From Mobula hypostoma (Eukaryota), in assembly GCF_963921235.1 (NCBI RefSeq), contig NC_086108.1, forward strand, positions 70,186,001 through 70,250,000: a DNA stretch of 64,000 nucleotides, read 5' to 3'. Made by a program: the position numbers and the translations under genes. Shown piece after piece: positions 24,237 to 36,719 of this stretch (position 1 is its first letter; the number at the start of each line of letters is the position of its first letter). The notes beneath the pieces are model-generated. The model had not been told where the DNA came from and made no database searches. It saw nothing but the letters and a program-made list of their open reading frames with translations.

Positions 24237-25222
24237 ATGATGTCTAAGAACAAGAATAAAAAGTCCGCTTCGAAGGCTGATAAACATAAAGAGATGCAGC
24301 AAGGCGACGGGCCTAGCTCCCCCACGGCAAGCCAGGACGGAGGTAATGAGGGGGAATCGGTGACTCTGTCTTTGATTCTCGGAGAGATTCGCGAGTTCCG
24401 ACAAGATAATAGCAAACAGCTGGAAGATATTAAAGGAGAAATAGTAAAAACTAACTCGCGGATAGATGAAGCCGAAGCGAGGATTGTTGGAATTGAAGAG
24501 AAGCTACAAAACGCAGAGGAAGTGATAGCAGAAATGCTGAAGCTACAAGACCAGCTCCAGTGGAAACTAATAGATCAAGAAGGCCGCTCGAGAAGGGAAA
24601 ATGTGAGGATCTACGGAGTTCCCGAAGGAACCGAAGGTAAACCCGGATTGATGATTCCCTTCGTGGAGAAGCTGCTTAGAGAGAACCTTGATATACCGGC
24701 CGCAAAAGACTACAGATAGAAAGGCCTCACCGCGCGTTGGTACCATAGCCTCCGGCAGGCGCCCAGCCCAGATCGATTCTGATCAGATTTCTCAGTTACA
24801 GAACGAAGGAAGAGGTGCTTAAAAGAGCATGGCAAAAGAAAGGTTTCATGTGGAACAACTGCAAAATCAGTTTAGACCACGACTACGCACCGGGGATTCT
24901 TGCCAGACGGAAGGAATATGCGGAAACACGGAGAGTCCTGAAGGAAAACAACATCAGATTCCAGACCCTGTATCCAGCTCGGCTGAGAGTCTTTTACGAC
25001 GAAGGGACAAAAACTTACGCTACGGTGGAGGAGGCAACGTTGGACCTGGCGGACCGGGGACTACCTATTAAAGTTATCACCCAACCGGAGTCGCTACTGG
25101 AGAGGATTCGGCAGAAGTCGTGGCAGTTAGTGGGGCGAGGACGCTCCACTCGAACCAGAGTGTCAAACTACAAGGAAAAGCTGCAAATATTCAGACGCGA
25201 ATGTACAGACAATACAGATTAA
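24237..25222 (+). pseudogene. L1 ORF1p (coiled coil plus RRM/CTD) with one frameshift near 24710 and an in-frame TAG near 24746
   Basis: Motifs EGRSRRENVRIYGVPE, IER.HR, PRSILIRF and LYPARLRV. Confidence 0.88.
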
Positions 25223-25584
25223 TTAAGAGAAATGACTGAAAAGAGTAAATCGGACTTAAAAGTAAAATGAAAACTGGTAACTGAAAATAAACTAGGCGGA
25301 ATAACTTGAATGATAGCAATATGGTCGAGACATAAATAGGAGAAAATTCTCTATGATTATTCAAACTGCTGAGGGCCCTCTAACACAGGGTGAAGATAGA
25401 GGTTATCCCTCTGAACTGAGGCGGGTCGGTGCTCAGGCCTCACTGTGGGAAGTCGGGAAAAATTTTCAAATGTTATACGTTCAGAAATGTCTAGGGTGTG
25501 GTTATATGTCTTGGTTTACTGTTGAGAAGGGATTGCTTACTGTTTGGTTAGAAAAGGAGAGTGCTTTTTGTCTACTAGAGAAAA

Positions 25585-28500
25585 ATGCAAACTGAATTGG
25601 TAAAAATAATTTCCTATAATGTTAATGGGGTTTTGAATCCAATTAAAAGAAATAAGATTATGTCTAAATTGAAAAAAGAGAGGGCACAAATAGCTTTCCT
25701 CCAGGAAACACATATGAGCCAATCTGAACATGGAAAATTAAAAAGAATGGGCTTTAAGCATGTATTTTATTCATCATATAAATTGAGTCACAAAAGAGGG
25801 GTAGCTACTTTAATATCAAGTACTCTTAATTATGAACATATTTCAGAGACTAGAGACAAAGAAGGACGGTTTGTAAAAATCACAGGAAGAATAGAAGGTA
25901 CAGAAATAACATTGCTGAATGTTTATGCTCCTCCAGGTAGTGAATGGTCATTTTATAGACACATTTTTGACCTAATGGTCAGTTCTCGAGGGGTAGTAAT
26001 TTGTGGAGGGGATTTTAATATTAGATTAAATCCTATATTAGATTCTTCAAGAATAGTTACTCAGAATAAACCTCTGACTCGGAAAGTGAATTCATTGATG
26101 GAGGAGTTGGGAATTATAGATGTCTGGAGGGAATTACACCCTACTAGTAAAGATTATACATATTACTCTTTCCCTCATTCAGCCTATTCAAGGATAGACT
26201 ATTTCTTTATCTTTAATACAGATAGACTCAGGATAAAAAACTGTAATATTGCAACAATTGATCTGTCGGATCATAGCCCAGTCTCTATGTCTCTAATCCT
26301 GGAAAGGAAAATGAGGAAAACACTATGGAGGCTAAACTCACATATACTCAATAACCCGAAAGTAATGGAGAGATTAAGGGGAGAAATCAAAGAATATCTA
26401 GACCTTAATGACACGGGAGAAACATCACCAGTGATTTTATGGGATACATTGAAAGCTGTACTGAGAGGGAAAATTATTTCCATTACTACTCACATGAAAA
26501 AAATCAATGCACAAAAATTAGCAGACCTTCAAGGAAAATTAAAACAACTTCAAGTTGTAGATAGCAACAAAAGTAATTCAAATCGAAAACAGGAAATTAG
26601 GAAATTGCAAAGTGAAATTGATGATATTTATACGTTGGAAACTCAAAGAAATTTTCTTTACCTGAGACAAAAGAATTATGAAGTAGGAGGTAAATCAGCT
26701 AGATTATTAGCATATAAATTACAAAAACAACAAGCAGACAATACAATTCATAAAATAAAGAATCCAAAGACAAAGCTTGTGGAGAGTACAATAGGGAAAA
26801 TTCAAGAGAGTTTTGAAACATATTATCGAGAGCTGTACTCCCAACCCCGGGCCCCCAATGAGCCCTATATAGACAGTGTATTGAATTTTTTAGATCTACC
26901 TAAACTTACAGATTTACAAAATGAAAGTTTATTAGAACCAGTAACTGTCAAAGAACTGAACGTGGCCATCTCTAGGTTAAAGGCTGGAAAGTCCCCGGGT
27001 TCTGATGGGTTTACCTCAGAGTGGTACAAGTCCCTGAAGACACAGTTAGCCCCATTACTACTTAACACCTTTAATTGAATCTTGCAGAGAGGAGAAACTC
27101 CACCTTCCTGGAGAGAAGCGATTATTTCAGTTATTCCTAAAGAGGGTAAAGATAAACTAGAATGTGGCAATTATCGGCCAATTAGTGTTCTTAATTTAGA
27201 TTACAAACTATTTACATCTATATTAGCGCGCAGATTGGAAAAGCTTTTACCTGGCCTAATCCATTTAGACCAGACTGGATTTATTCAACAAAGACAAACA
27301 CAGGACAACATAAGGAGAACTCTGCACATATTAGAACAGGTTAATAAGAACGAGACAGAGACAATGGTAGTAGGATTGGACGCTGAGAGAGCTTTTGATT
27401 CAGTTAGTTGGGCATTCCTATACAGAGTGTTAGGAAGATTCGGCTTTCAAGAAAGGTTTATTAAAGTAATTCAGACTCTATATGACAGCCCTACAGCCCG
27501 AATTAAGATAAATGGGGACCTCTCTGACTCCTTCATTTTAGAGAGAGGCACTAGACAGGGATGCCCAATTTCTCCTCTCCTTTTTGTGCTATATATTGAA
27601 CCACTTGCCCAACTAATAAGACAGAGCGAAATCGTAAAAGGTATCAAGGTGGCAGGGATCGAACAGAAAGTGGCGTTATTCGCAGATGATGTTTTGGTCT
27701 ATCTGAGTGAACCAGAAAAATCATTTATAGGATTGTTTACACTGTTGGATGACTTTGGGAAAATATCAGGTTATAAAATAAATGTAAAGAAAACGCAGGT
27801 TATGTCCCTAAATTATACACCATCCAAAAAATTGCAGGATACATACGATCTTAAGTGGGAAGCTAAATCATTAAAATATTTAGGAATAACCCTGCCGAAG
27901 GATCTTTCAACACTGTCACAGGTAAATTATGGGCCATTAATCTCAGAGATAAAAGCAGATATGCATAGATGGAATCTTATCCCCTTTTTAAGTTTAAATT
28001 CAAGGATAAATACTATAAAAAAAAATGAATATTCTTCCTCGGTTATTATATCTTTTCCGTACTTTACCAGTGGAGGTGGATGATAATCAATTCAGGGAAT
28101 GGGACAAATGGATTTCCCGCTTCATTTGGCAAGGAAGGAAACCTAAAATTCGATATAACACCTTACAGTTAGGGAAGGAAGGAGGAGGTATGGTTCTTCC
28201 TTGCCTGAGAAATTATTTTTATGCCTCACAGATAACCCCTCTGTTATATTGGTGTAATAGGGAATATAAGGCTAGGTGGAAGGAAATAGAATTTGGATTA
28301 GTTGACAGTTTTCCTCTTCAGGCCTCAATAGCTGACAAAGGATTGATGGCCCAGTTGGAAAAATTTAATAATGCTTGGATAAATCTTACATTAAAAGTAT
28401 GGCAGAAGGTGGTTAATTCATGTGGAATTAATAACATGTTAAAACTCTTTAGATGGTGTGCATATGATACCGAATTCCTTCCCAACAGAGGAGATAAAAC

Positions 28501-29375
28501 ATTTGAGCTATGGATAAAGAAATGTCTTACAACCTACCTCTCATTTATAGATAAAAGAGTATTACAAAGTTTCCAAATCCTGCAGGACAAACATGGCCTA
28601 GAACATAATGACTTTTTTAGGTACCTTCAAATACGAAACCATGTTAACCAGAGTTGTAGATATACAGACCTATCAACAGTAGAATTAGAATTTTTCAAGA
28701 TTCTGAATTCGGCTTGCAGTTCAATACCTAGTAAATCAGTTTCTCGCCTATATAATGCACTCTCCCATGCTAAAAATGTAAATACACTGTATATTAAAGA
28801 GAAGTGGGAGAAAGAAGCGGGGTTGGTACTTTCAGAGGAGGCTTGGGGGAAAATCTGCAGCTTTCAATGGTCCTCGACTAATTCTTTGACTTGGAGAGAA
28901 CATTGTTGGAAAAACATTATAAGATACTTCAAGACCCCATATCAGGAAAAATATAAAGATACAAATGTGATGTGTTGGAGAAGGTGCGGCTCCAAGGAGG
29001 CAAATCATTTTCATATTTTATGGGATTGCCCTAAATTAAGTCTATTTTGGGAAGGTATTCATAGAACATTAGTCAAGGTACTTAGGTCCCAGATACCTCT
29101 GAACTTTGAGACGCTCTATTTGGGGCATGTATTGTTCCTTGAACAGAAGGAAGATATAAAGTTGCTGCAGGCCCTCTTAGCGGCAAGTAAGAAATCAATC
29201 ACTAGAAAATGGCTAAATCCAATACCACCTACATTAGAAGATTGGTACAAAATTATCTTGGAAATATTTAAAATGGAAAAGTTGACTTACTCCCAGAACT
29301 CAAAAAGAAACATTTTATCAAATCTGGAATAAATGGATTGAATATACAACCCCAATGCGAGCAGACTTTAGATGA
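25585..29375 (+). pseudogene. L1 ORF2p (APE endonuclease, RT, CCHC knuckle) with a stop at 27076-78 and frameshifts near 28020 and 29295
   Basis: Motifs SYNVNG, FLQETH, GGDFN, SRIDY, SDH, KSPGSDG, LDAERAFD, GTRQGCPISP, LFADD, YLG and CWRRC..H..WDC. Confidence 0.92.
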
Positions 29376-31312
29376 CTCTCCTAATGATTTATATTGCTCT
29401 TCTCATCAACACAGTAATATTGCTAACGTAAGCACCCCTAGTCTAAATGTTTGTTTTTTTTTGGAAAATAGAGAATTAACACAAGTAAAGGGAAAGATTT
29501 GGGAAAGGGATAAAAAAATGAAAAAATTAAGTAAATAAGTACATAGGGATTGGATAATTATGTCTGCGGGCAGGAACAAGCACGAACAAATTGGGATATA
29601 AACACCTACAATGGTTGGTATATAGGCTTGTATGCAACATTTTGGACCAGTGGAAATGGTCCAGAAGGGTTGTATGGAAACTATTATTACCATTTTTCTT
29701 AACAACTAATTTCATTACTTAGCCTAATAGGTTAGATTTACCACAGTACATAATTATCTATTTAAATGTTTATTTTCCTTTTATATCATCTCAATGTGTA
29801 CTTAAGAATGTATAAATAATTGTAGTTTTATACATATAAAAAAATGGAAAAGGTTATATGTGTGAAAAAAGTACATGATAATTGTGAATTCCTTATCCAA
29901 ATAAAAATAAAATTTAAAAAAAAAGAAAACATTTGGTGGATTTTCCAATTAATGAAAGCAGTAAAAATCAGCCTTCTCCCAAAGAAATATTAGATTTGTC
30001 CTGAACATTTGATCCAATTGGTTTTAACTACTGGCTGTAAATAGAGAATATTTAATGAAACCTGGTGAATTGCAAGAAGTATATATTGTAGGTTATGTTT
30101 GAAGAAAACCTTGGAACTGAAGAATTTTGTATTTCTATAATAGCTTTCATAGTCTTGTAGCACTTTAAAGCATTTCACTGTCAATCAACTTCTGCATTTT
30201 AAAACTTGTTTTATTGTTTATCTCACTTCTGATGAACAGTAATTGACCTGAGAGTTTCTCTTGCGACAGATGCTGCCTGGTTTGCTGCGTATTTGCAGTA
30301 ATCCGATTTTTTTTAAAGATTTCTGGCATCTGAACTTTTACCTTTGCATTTAATAATCAGATACGTTTTTAAAAAGGAGGATAAATATTGATCAGTATAT
30401 GGGCAAGCTTCCTAAATTCTGGATTAGTGCCTCGAGATCCAGTTCAGAAAGCAGGCACAGGCTCAATTTTATATTTTGTCTAAAAGACAACTGACATCCC
30501 CTCACTTTTTCATGATTGCTCTTTCATTTGTTGAAATTTGTAGTCCCTCACTTCATTTGTGCAGTAAAGCAAGGAGTCGACAAATTTAAACTGATAAAAG
30601 GGTAAATTTTGGATGGGTTTTGTGAAACTGCAAAATACCATCATAGTGTATTGTAATATTGGTCAGTGTTGAGATGAGGGTCTCATTAAAGTAAAGGAAA
30701 TGAAGATATTTTAAAAAATATTTTTGCTTTATGATCTGGAGCTATCCCAAAATTTTATGTGGCTTGTGAATCGCTTTTTCTCATCACAATTGATCAAATT
30801 CAAGTTCAATTGTCATTGTCAGTATCATATATGACTCTACTGAAATACACAAACTGTAGTGTGACATCAGCCAAATATTTTATTCCTTGAAGAATGGGGA
30901 ATAAATATTTTCCAGGACACCAGTGAATAACTTGCCCCCTCCTGTAAGTCATTTTGAAAAACAAATAAGGTCCTGTTATAATAACTTATTTAAAAAGAAA
31001 TAGGACGTAGTCTACCAATTGTGGATAGAAAGGTTATAGGTCAAAATTGAAAAAAAACTTAAGGTGCTTTTCTGTGCTTTGAAATTCAGTTGTCAACCTT
31101 CAGTGTTTCAGGAAGAAGGCCTCTCCAATCTCTCCTACAGTGCTGGTAACATTATTTAAGAAACATTGTTAATGTGTTGGAAGCAGTTCAAAGGTTTACA
31201 AGACTAATATTTGGAAAAGGCACTTTCTCTTGTGAGAAAATGTTGGACAAGTGAGGATTGTATTTCCTGTAATTTAACAAAGGAGACTTGATTGAAATAG
31301 TTAATGTTGTAA

Positions 31313-34300
31313 GACCATAAGACATGGGAGCAGAATTTTGCCATTTGGCCCATTGAGTCTGCTATGTCATTCAATCATGGCTGATCCTTTTTCCCCTCCT
31401 CAACACTATTCTCTGGCCTTCTCCCTGTAACCTTTGATGCCACGTCCAATCAAGAACCTATCAATCTCTGCCTTAAATACACCCAACGACCTGGCCTCCA
31501 CAGCTGCCTGTGGTCATAAATTCCACAAATTCAACACCAACCCTCTGGCTAAAGAAATTTCTCCACATTTCTGTCTTAAATGGATGCCCCTCAATCCTGA
31601 GGCTGTGACATCTTGTCTGAGACTCCCCCACCATGGGAAACGTCCTTTTCACATGTACTCTGTCTAGGCCTTTCAACATTCAAAAGGTTTCAGTGAGACT
31701 CCCCCCCACCCCCCATCCCCCCATCCTTCCAGCCAGTACAGACCCAGAGCCATCAAATGTTCCTCCTATAATAACCCTTTCATTCCCGAAATCATCCTTG
31801 TGAACAGCCTCTGAACCCTCTGCAATGCCAGCACATCTTTTCTTAGGTGAGCCCAAAACTGTTCACAGTAATCAATCTGAGGCCTCATTCGTGCCTTATA
31901 AAGCCTCAGCATCACATCCCTGCTCCTGTATTATGAATCTTTTGAAATTAATGTGAACATTGCATTTGCCTTCCTCCTAAGTCCCTTTGAAACAAAGTCC
32001 CTTTGTTTTTTTGTACTACCTTACTTCCCCTTTTCTATTTTCTATTTATGATTTATAATTTAAAGTTTTAATATTTACTATCGATTTGTAATCCAGGGAG
32101 CGCTAAGTGCAGAATCAGATATCGCTGTGATGATTGTACGCTGTAGTGTCAATTGTTTGGCGATAATAAAGTATATCTCAGATTTTTGGATTTTCTCCCT
32201 GTTTAGAAAATAATTTGAACATTTATTTCTACTATCAAAGTACATGACCATACATTTTCCAACATTGTATTTCATTTGCCTCTTTCTTACCCATTCTCCA
32301 AATCTGACCCTGGCCTTCTGCATCCTACTTATTTCCTCAACAATACTTGTCCCTCCACCAATCTTCATATCATCTGCAAACTTGGCAACAAAGCCATCTA
32401 TTCTATCATCTAAATCACTGATAGACAGCATAAACAGAAGTGGTCCCAATACCAACCCCTGTGAAACACCACTAGTCACTGGCAGCTGTCCAGACAAGGG
32501 TCATTTTATTCCCATTTGCTGCCTCCTACCAATCAACCAATGCTCTAACTATGCTAGTAGCTATCCTGTAGTACCACGGGCTCTTAACTCGGTAAGCAGC
32601 CTCATGTGTGGCACCTTGTCAAAAGCCTTCTGAAAATCCAAATATACAACATTCACTGCATCCTCTTTATCTATCCTACTTGTAATCTCCTCAAAGAATT
32701 TTCCTCAGGCAAGATTTTCCCTCAAGGAAGACGTGCTGCGTTGTCCTGTCTTGTCCTGTGTCTCTAAGTACTCCATAACCTCATTCTTAACAATTGACTC
32801 CAACATATCAACTGCTGAGGTCAGGTTAACTGGTCTATAATTTCCTTTCTGCTGCTTCCCTCCTTTGTAAAGAGTGGGGTGACGGTTGGAATTTTTCAGT
32901 CCTCTGACACCAATGATTTTTGAAAGATCATTATTAATGCCTGCACCATCTCTGGCACTAGCTACCTCTTTCAGAACCCTAGGGTGCAATTCATCTGGTC
33001 TGGGTGACTTAGGTATCCTTGGTTCTTTCAGCTTTTTGAGCACCTTCTCCCTTGTAATAGTAACTGCACTCGCTTACTTCACACCCTTCAACATTTGGCA
33101 TGCTGCTAATGTCTTCCACAATGAAGACTGATGCAAAATACTCATTTAGTTCATCTACCATCTCCTTGTCTGCTGATATTATTTCTCTGGGCTCCTTTTC
33201 TGCAGTCCTATATCCACTCTCATCTCTCTTTTATTTTTTACGTACTTGAAAAAGCTTTTACTATCCACTTTGATACTATTTGCCAGCTTGCTTTCATATT
33301 TCATCTTTTTCCTTCTAATGATTATTTTGCTCTCTTTAGGTTTTCAAAAGCTTCCCAATCCTTTCTCTTCCGATGAATTTTTGCTTTGTTGTATTTTTTT
33401 ACATTAGTTTTGACTTCCCTTGTCAGCCAGGGTTGTACTATTTTTCCGTTTGAGTATTTCTTCGTTTTTGGAATACATTTGTCCTGCACCTCCTTATTTT
33501 TCCCCAGAAACTCACGCCATTGCTGCTGTGCTGTCATCCCTGCCAGCAGCTCCTTCCAATTTACTTTGGCCAACTTCTCTCTCATACCACTGTAATTTCC
33601 TTTGAACTGAAATAATGCTATGTCAGACCTAACTTTCTCCCTATCAGATTTCAAGTTGAACTCAATCATATTGTGATCACTGGCTCCTAAGGGCTCTTTT
33701 ACCTTAAGCTCCCTAATCACCTCTGGTTCATTACATAACACCCAATCCAGTATAGCTGATCCCCTAGTAGGCTCAATGACAAACTGCTCAAAAAAAACAT
33801 CTTGTAGGCATTCAACAAACTCACTCTCTTGAGATCCTTTTCCAACCTGATTTTCCCAATTGAGCTGCATGTTGAAATCTCCCATGACTGTCATAACATT
33901 ACCCTTTTTACATGGCTTTTCTATTTCCTGTTGTAATCTGTGGTTCACCTCCCAGCCGCTGTTGGGAGGCCTGTATATAACTGCCATTAACGTCCTTTTA
34001 CCCTTGCAGTTTCTTAACTCAACCCACAAGAATTCAACATCTTCCAATTGTATGTCGCATCTTTCTACTGATTTGATGCCATGCTGCCCCCCCCCCGGCC
34101 AACCTTCCTGTCCTTCCGATACAATGTGTAACCTTGGACATTTTGCTCCCAACTACAACCAACCACAATTTAGTGATGGCCACAACTTCATACTGACAAT
34201 CTGCAATAGTGCAACAAAATGGTCCACTTTATTTCTTGTACTCCATGCATTGAGATATAACACTTTTGAGTACTGTATTTGCTCCGCTTTTTGAATCTGC

Positions 34301-34475
34301 ATCCCTAATGCACTGTTTCTCAAATACTGACTGCAATTATGTCCTATCATCTGCCTGCTGTTCCTGACAGTCTGACTGAACACTATCTTTGCTTTCTTAC
34401 CATTTATCTTATTCTGAGTCCCTTTACTCTGGTTCTCTCTCCTCTCTCTCTCCCCCCCCCACCGGCCAAATTTGT
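31313..34475 (-). mobile_element. Degenerate CR1 LINE (EN plus RT) with a small insertion at about 31975-32175
   Basis: Minus-strand YLNAWS, IYRPPNS, MGDFN, SDHN, GVSQGLVLGP and KFADD; tail ccataagaca. Confidence 0.87.
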
Positions 34476-34579
34476 TTAATATCCTCCAGCATCTTGATGG
34501 ATGAAAGTGGTTGAATGCTTAATTTTGTATGAAAATAAGATTGAAAGAAGCTGCAGAAATTTATAAAATTAGTCAGCTC

Positions 34580-34985
34580 CATCTTGATAACTAACGTCAG
34601 CAGTATCCAAGGCATCTTCATGAAGCATTGCCTCAAAAAGGTGGTGTCCACCATGAAGAACCCCCCCCCCCCCAATCACCCAGGACATGCCCTCTTCTCA
34701 TTATTACCATCAGAAAGGAAGTTCAGAAGCCTGAAGGCACACACTCAGCAATGCAGGAACAGTTTCTTCTCCTCTGCCATCTGATTCCTAAATACACATT
34801 GAATCTATGAGCACTACCTCATTTTTATTATTTGCTTTTCAGTATTTATAATTGAATTATTTATATATGCTTACTGTAGGTGGTTCACTTATTTATTTTC
34901 TCAATATTATCATGTATTGCATTGTACTGCTGCTAAATTAGCAAATTTTATGACATATTCCAGTGATATTAAACCTGATTCTGAA
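34580..34985 (+). mobile_element. Rex-Babar/L2-type LINE 3' fragment
   Basis: CLKK....K..HPGHALFSLLPS.R.FRSL...FF C-terminal motif; attaaacctgattctga tail. Confidence 0.7.
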
Positions 34986-35367
34986 AATGTAGACATAGAA
35001 GTTACTATTTAAAAATAGGAAATTGCCATTGTACACTTTTTTTCCTCAGAGAAGAATGAGCTTTTGACATTCTCTTCCTGCAGGCAATGGAAACAGCTTT
35101 TAACTGTTTTAACAGTTAGATTATTGCATATATTATAACGGAAGTTATAATGATATTAGCTGTTTAGTAAGAGATAGTGTAATAGATATGGTGGTCTGAG
35201 TGCCTTTGAGCCTTCCTAATTATAGTCATCATACATAATTTTAGAAATGATCATGAAAATGCATTGTTACAATTCACGATTACAATCTGTCTGAGCCATA
35301 TGTGCATTTTGTTAATGTGTTAAGCTTGATTAATGTTTTTGAGTTGAGCATTTTTTTTTTAATTTAG

Positions 35368-35427
35368 TTCTGGATAACAAAACGCCCAAAGCTGAAGATA
35401 TTGACGAAGATGATGACGATGTCCCAG
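35368..35427 (+). CDS. BTF3L4: BTF3L4 coding exon (60 bp; (V)LDNKTPKAEDIDEDDDDVP)
   Basis: Poly-T tract plus aatttag| acceptor, donor AG|gtagat. Phase 1/1 fits both neighbours; acidic stretch typical of the family. Not in the supplied ORF track. Confidence 0.93.
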
Positions 35428-35999
35428 GTAGATGTGAATTTGATTTTACTTTGAATGGATGAGAGTACTGTCTCTATCTGAACTTAAACTTTCATTTGAA
35501 TTAAATTTTCTGTGTACATTAAGAATTTAGAAATGTCTGGATATGCAAGAGTGTATCTCTGGCAAATGGTTTATTCAGCAAAAGTGTTTGCATTACTTTA
35601 AGTGTAAAAATTTCATATGTTATAAAACTTTCATTTATCACCATGAGTTTCTGAAATATCTTTTTTAAACAGTTGGGTCTTAGGCAAATTAATAAAAGCA
35701 TGACGGATCTTGACAGGGTGGATGTAGTGCAGATGTTACTACTTATTAGAGAACAGAGAACTGTAAGATTACTGCCCAAAGTAAGTCTTGCCATTTAAAA
35801 GAGAAATGAGGTGAATATTTTTGAAGGTTGTGAGTCTTATGAATTTCTCTTCAAGTGAAGAATGCACTTCATTGAGGCAAATTCTGGATTAGCAAATAGG
35901 TAAAATTCTTTCATGACAAGGCAATATAGTGTAATTATAATCAGAGCATTGTGATTTTCTTGAATGGTAGAACAGGTTCATGGAGTTGTGGTCTTTTCC

Positions 36000-36185
36000 T
36001 GTGTGTGTGTGTGTGTATGTATATATATATATATATATGTATACATGTATGTGTATATGTATATATATATGTATATATGTATGTGTATATGTATATATGT
36101 GTGTCTATATGTATATATAGTGTGTGTATATATAGTGTGTCTGTGTATATATATAGTGTGTGTGTATGTGTATATATGTATATAT
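36000..36185. repeat. Compound (TG)n/(TA)n microsatellite
   Basis: About 185 bp of almost uninterrupted alternating purine-pyrimidine sequence, directly after a degenerate CR1-like 3' end (about 35660-36000). Confidence 0.97.
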
Positions 36186-36719
36186 TTAAAAAAATGCTTG
36201 TTTTTGAAAAGTTGCACTGGCCCCATTGGATGTCAAATTGGTGGCCAGGAATCCTTCCTGATAATGCTAGTGATAAATCTGAGTTTGATTTGAGTTTGTT
36301 CCATTCACAGTGAGGATTACTACTGTCACCATTCCTGGGTAGCTGATGAGAATTGAAGATGGAAATCTTGTTTGCTTTCCATCTCTTAAAGCTTTTTAAT
36401 ACAAAGCACAAAACTTTCTTTTATCTGGCCATCCCTAATGCAGACTCAATGTGCCAATTGACAGAATTCTACTCCAATATTTTATGGTCTTTATGCTCCT
36501 CATTGGATTGGTGTCTAAAACTCTTCATTATGAGCTATTTTTGTACAGCTCATGCTATGTCATCTTCCTTTTCTTGTATGGCTACATTAAAGTTCTAACA
36601 AACCTTGTTTGTAAGGTCTCAAGATTCCAATAATTCTTCCATGCTGCTCAGGTCCATTTAATCACAGCCCAGTACTCTTTCTGTATTTACTGCATGCACC
36701 AGATCCCAGACAGGTGTTA

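Larger units (their letters stand above)
24100..29924 (+). mobile_element. Full-length L1-clade LINE (5.8 kb), young but disabled
   Basis: Perfect 15 bp TSD GAAAACATTTGGTGG (24085-99 / 29925-39). AATAAA plus poly-A tail. ORF1 and ORF2 both present. Confidence 0.96.

Noticed and set aside
35941..36411. Several ORFs rich in Y/I/C/V/H/T
   Set aside because: They are translations of the TG/TA microsatellite.
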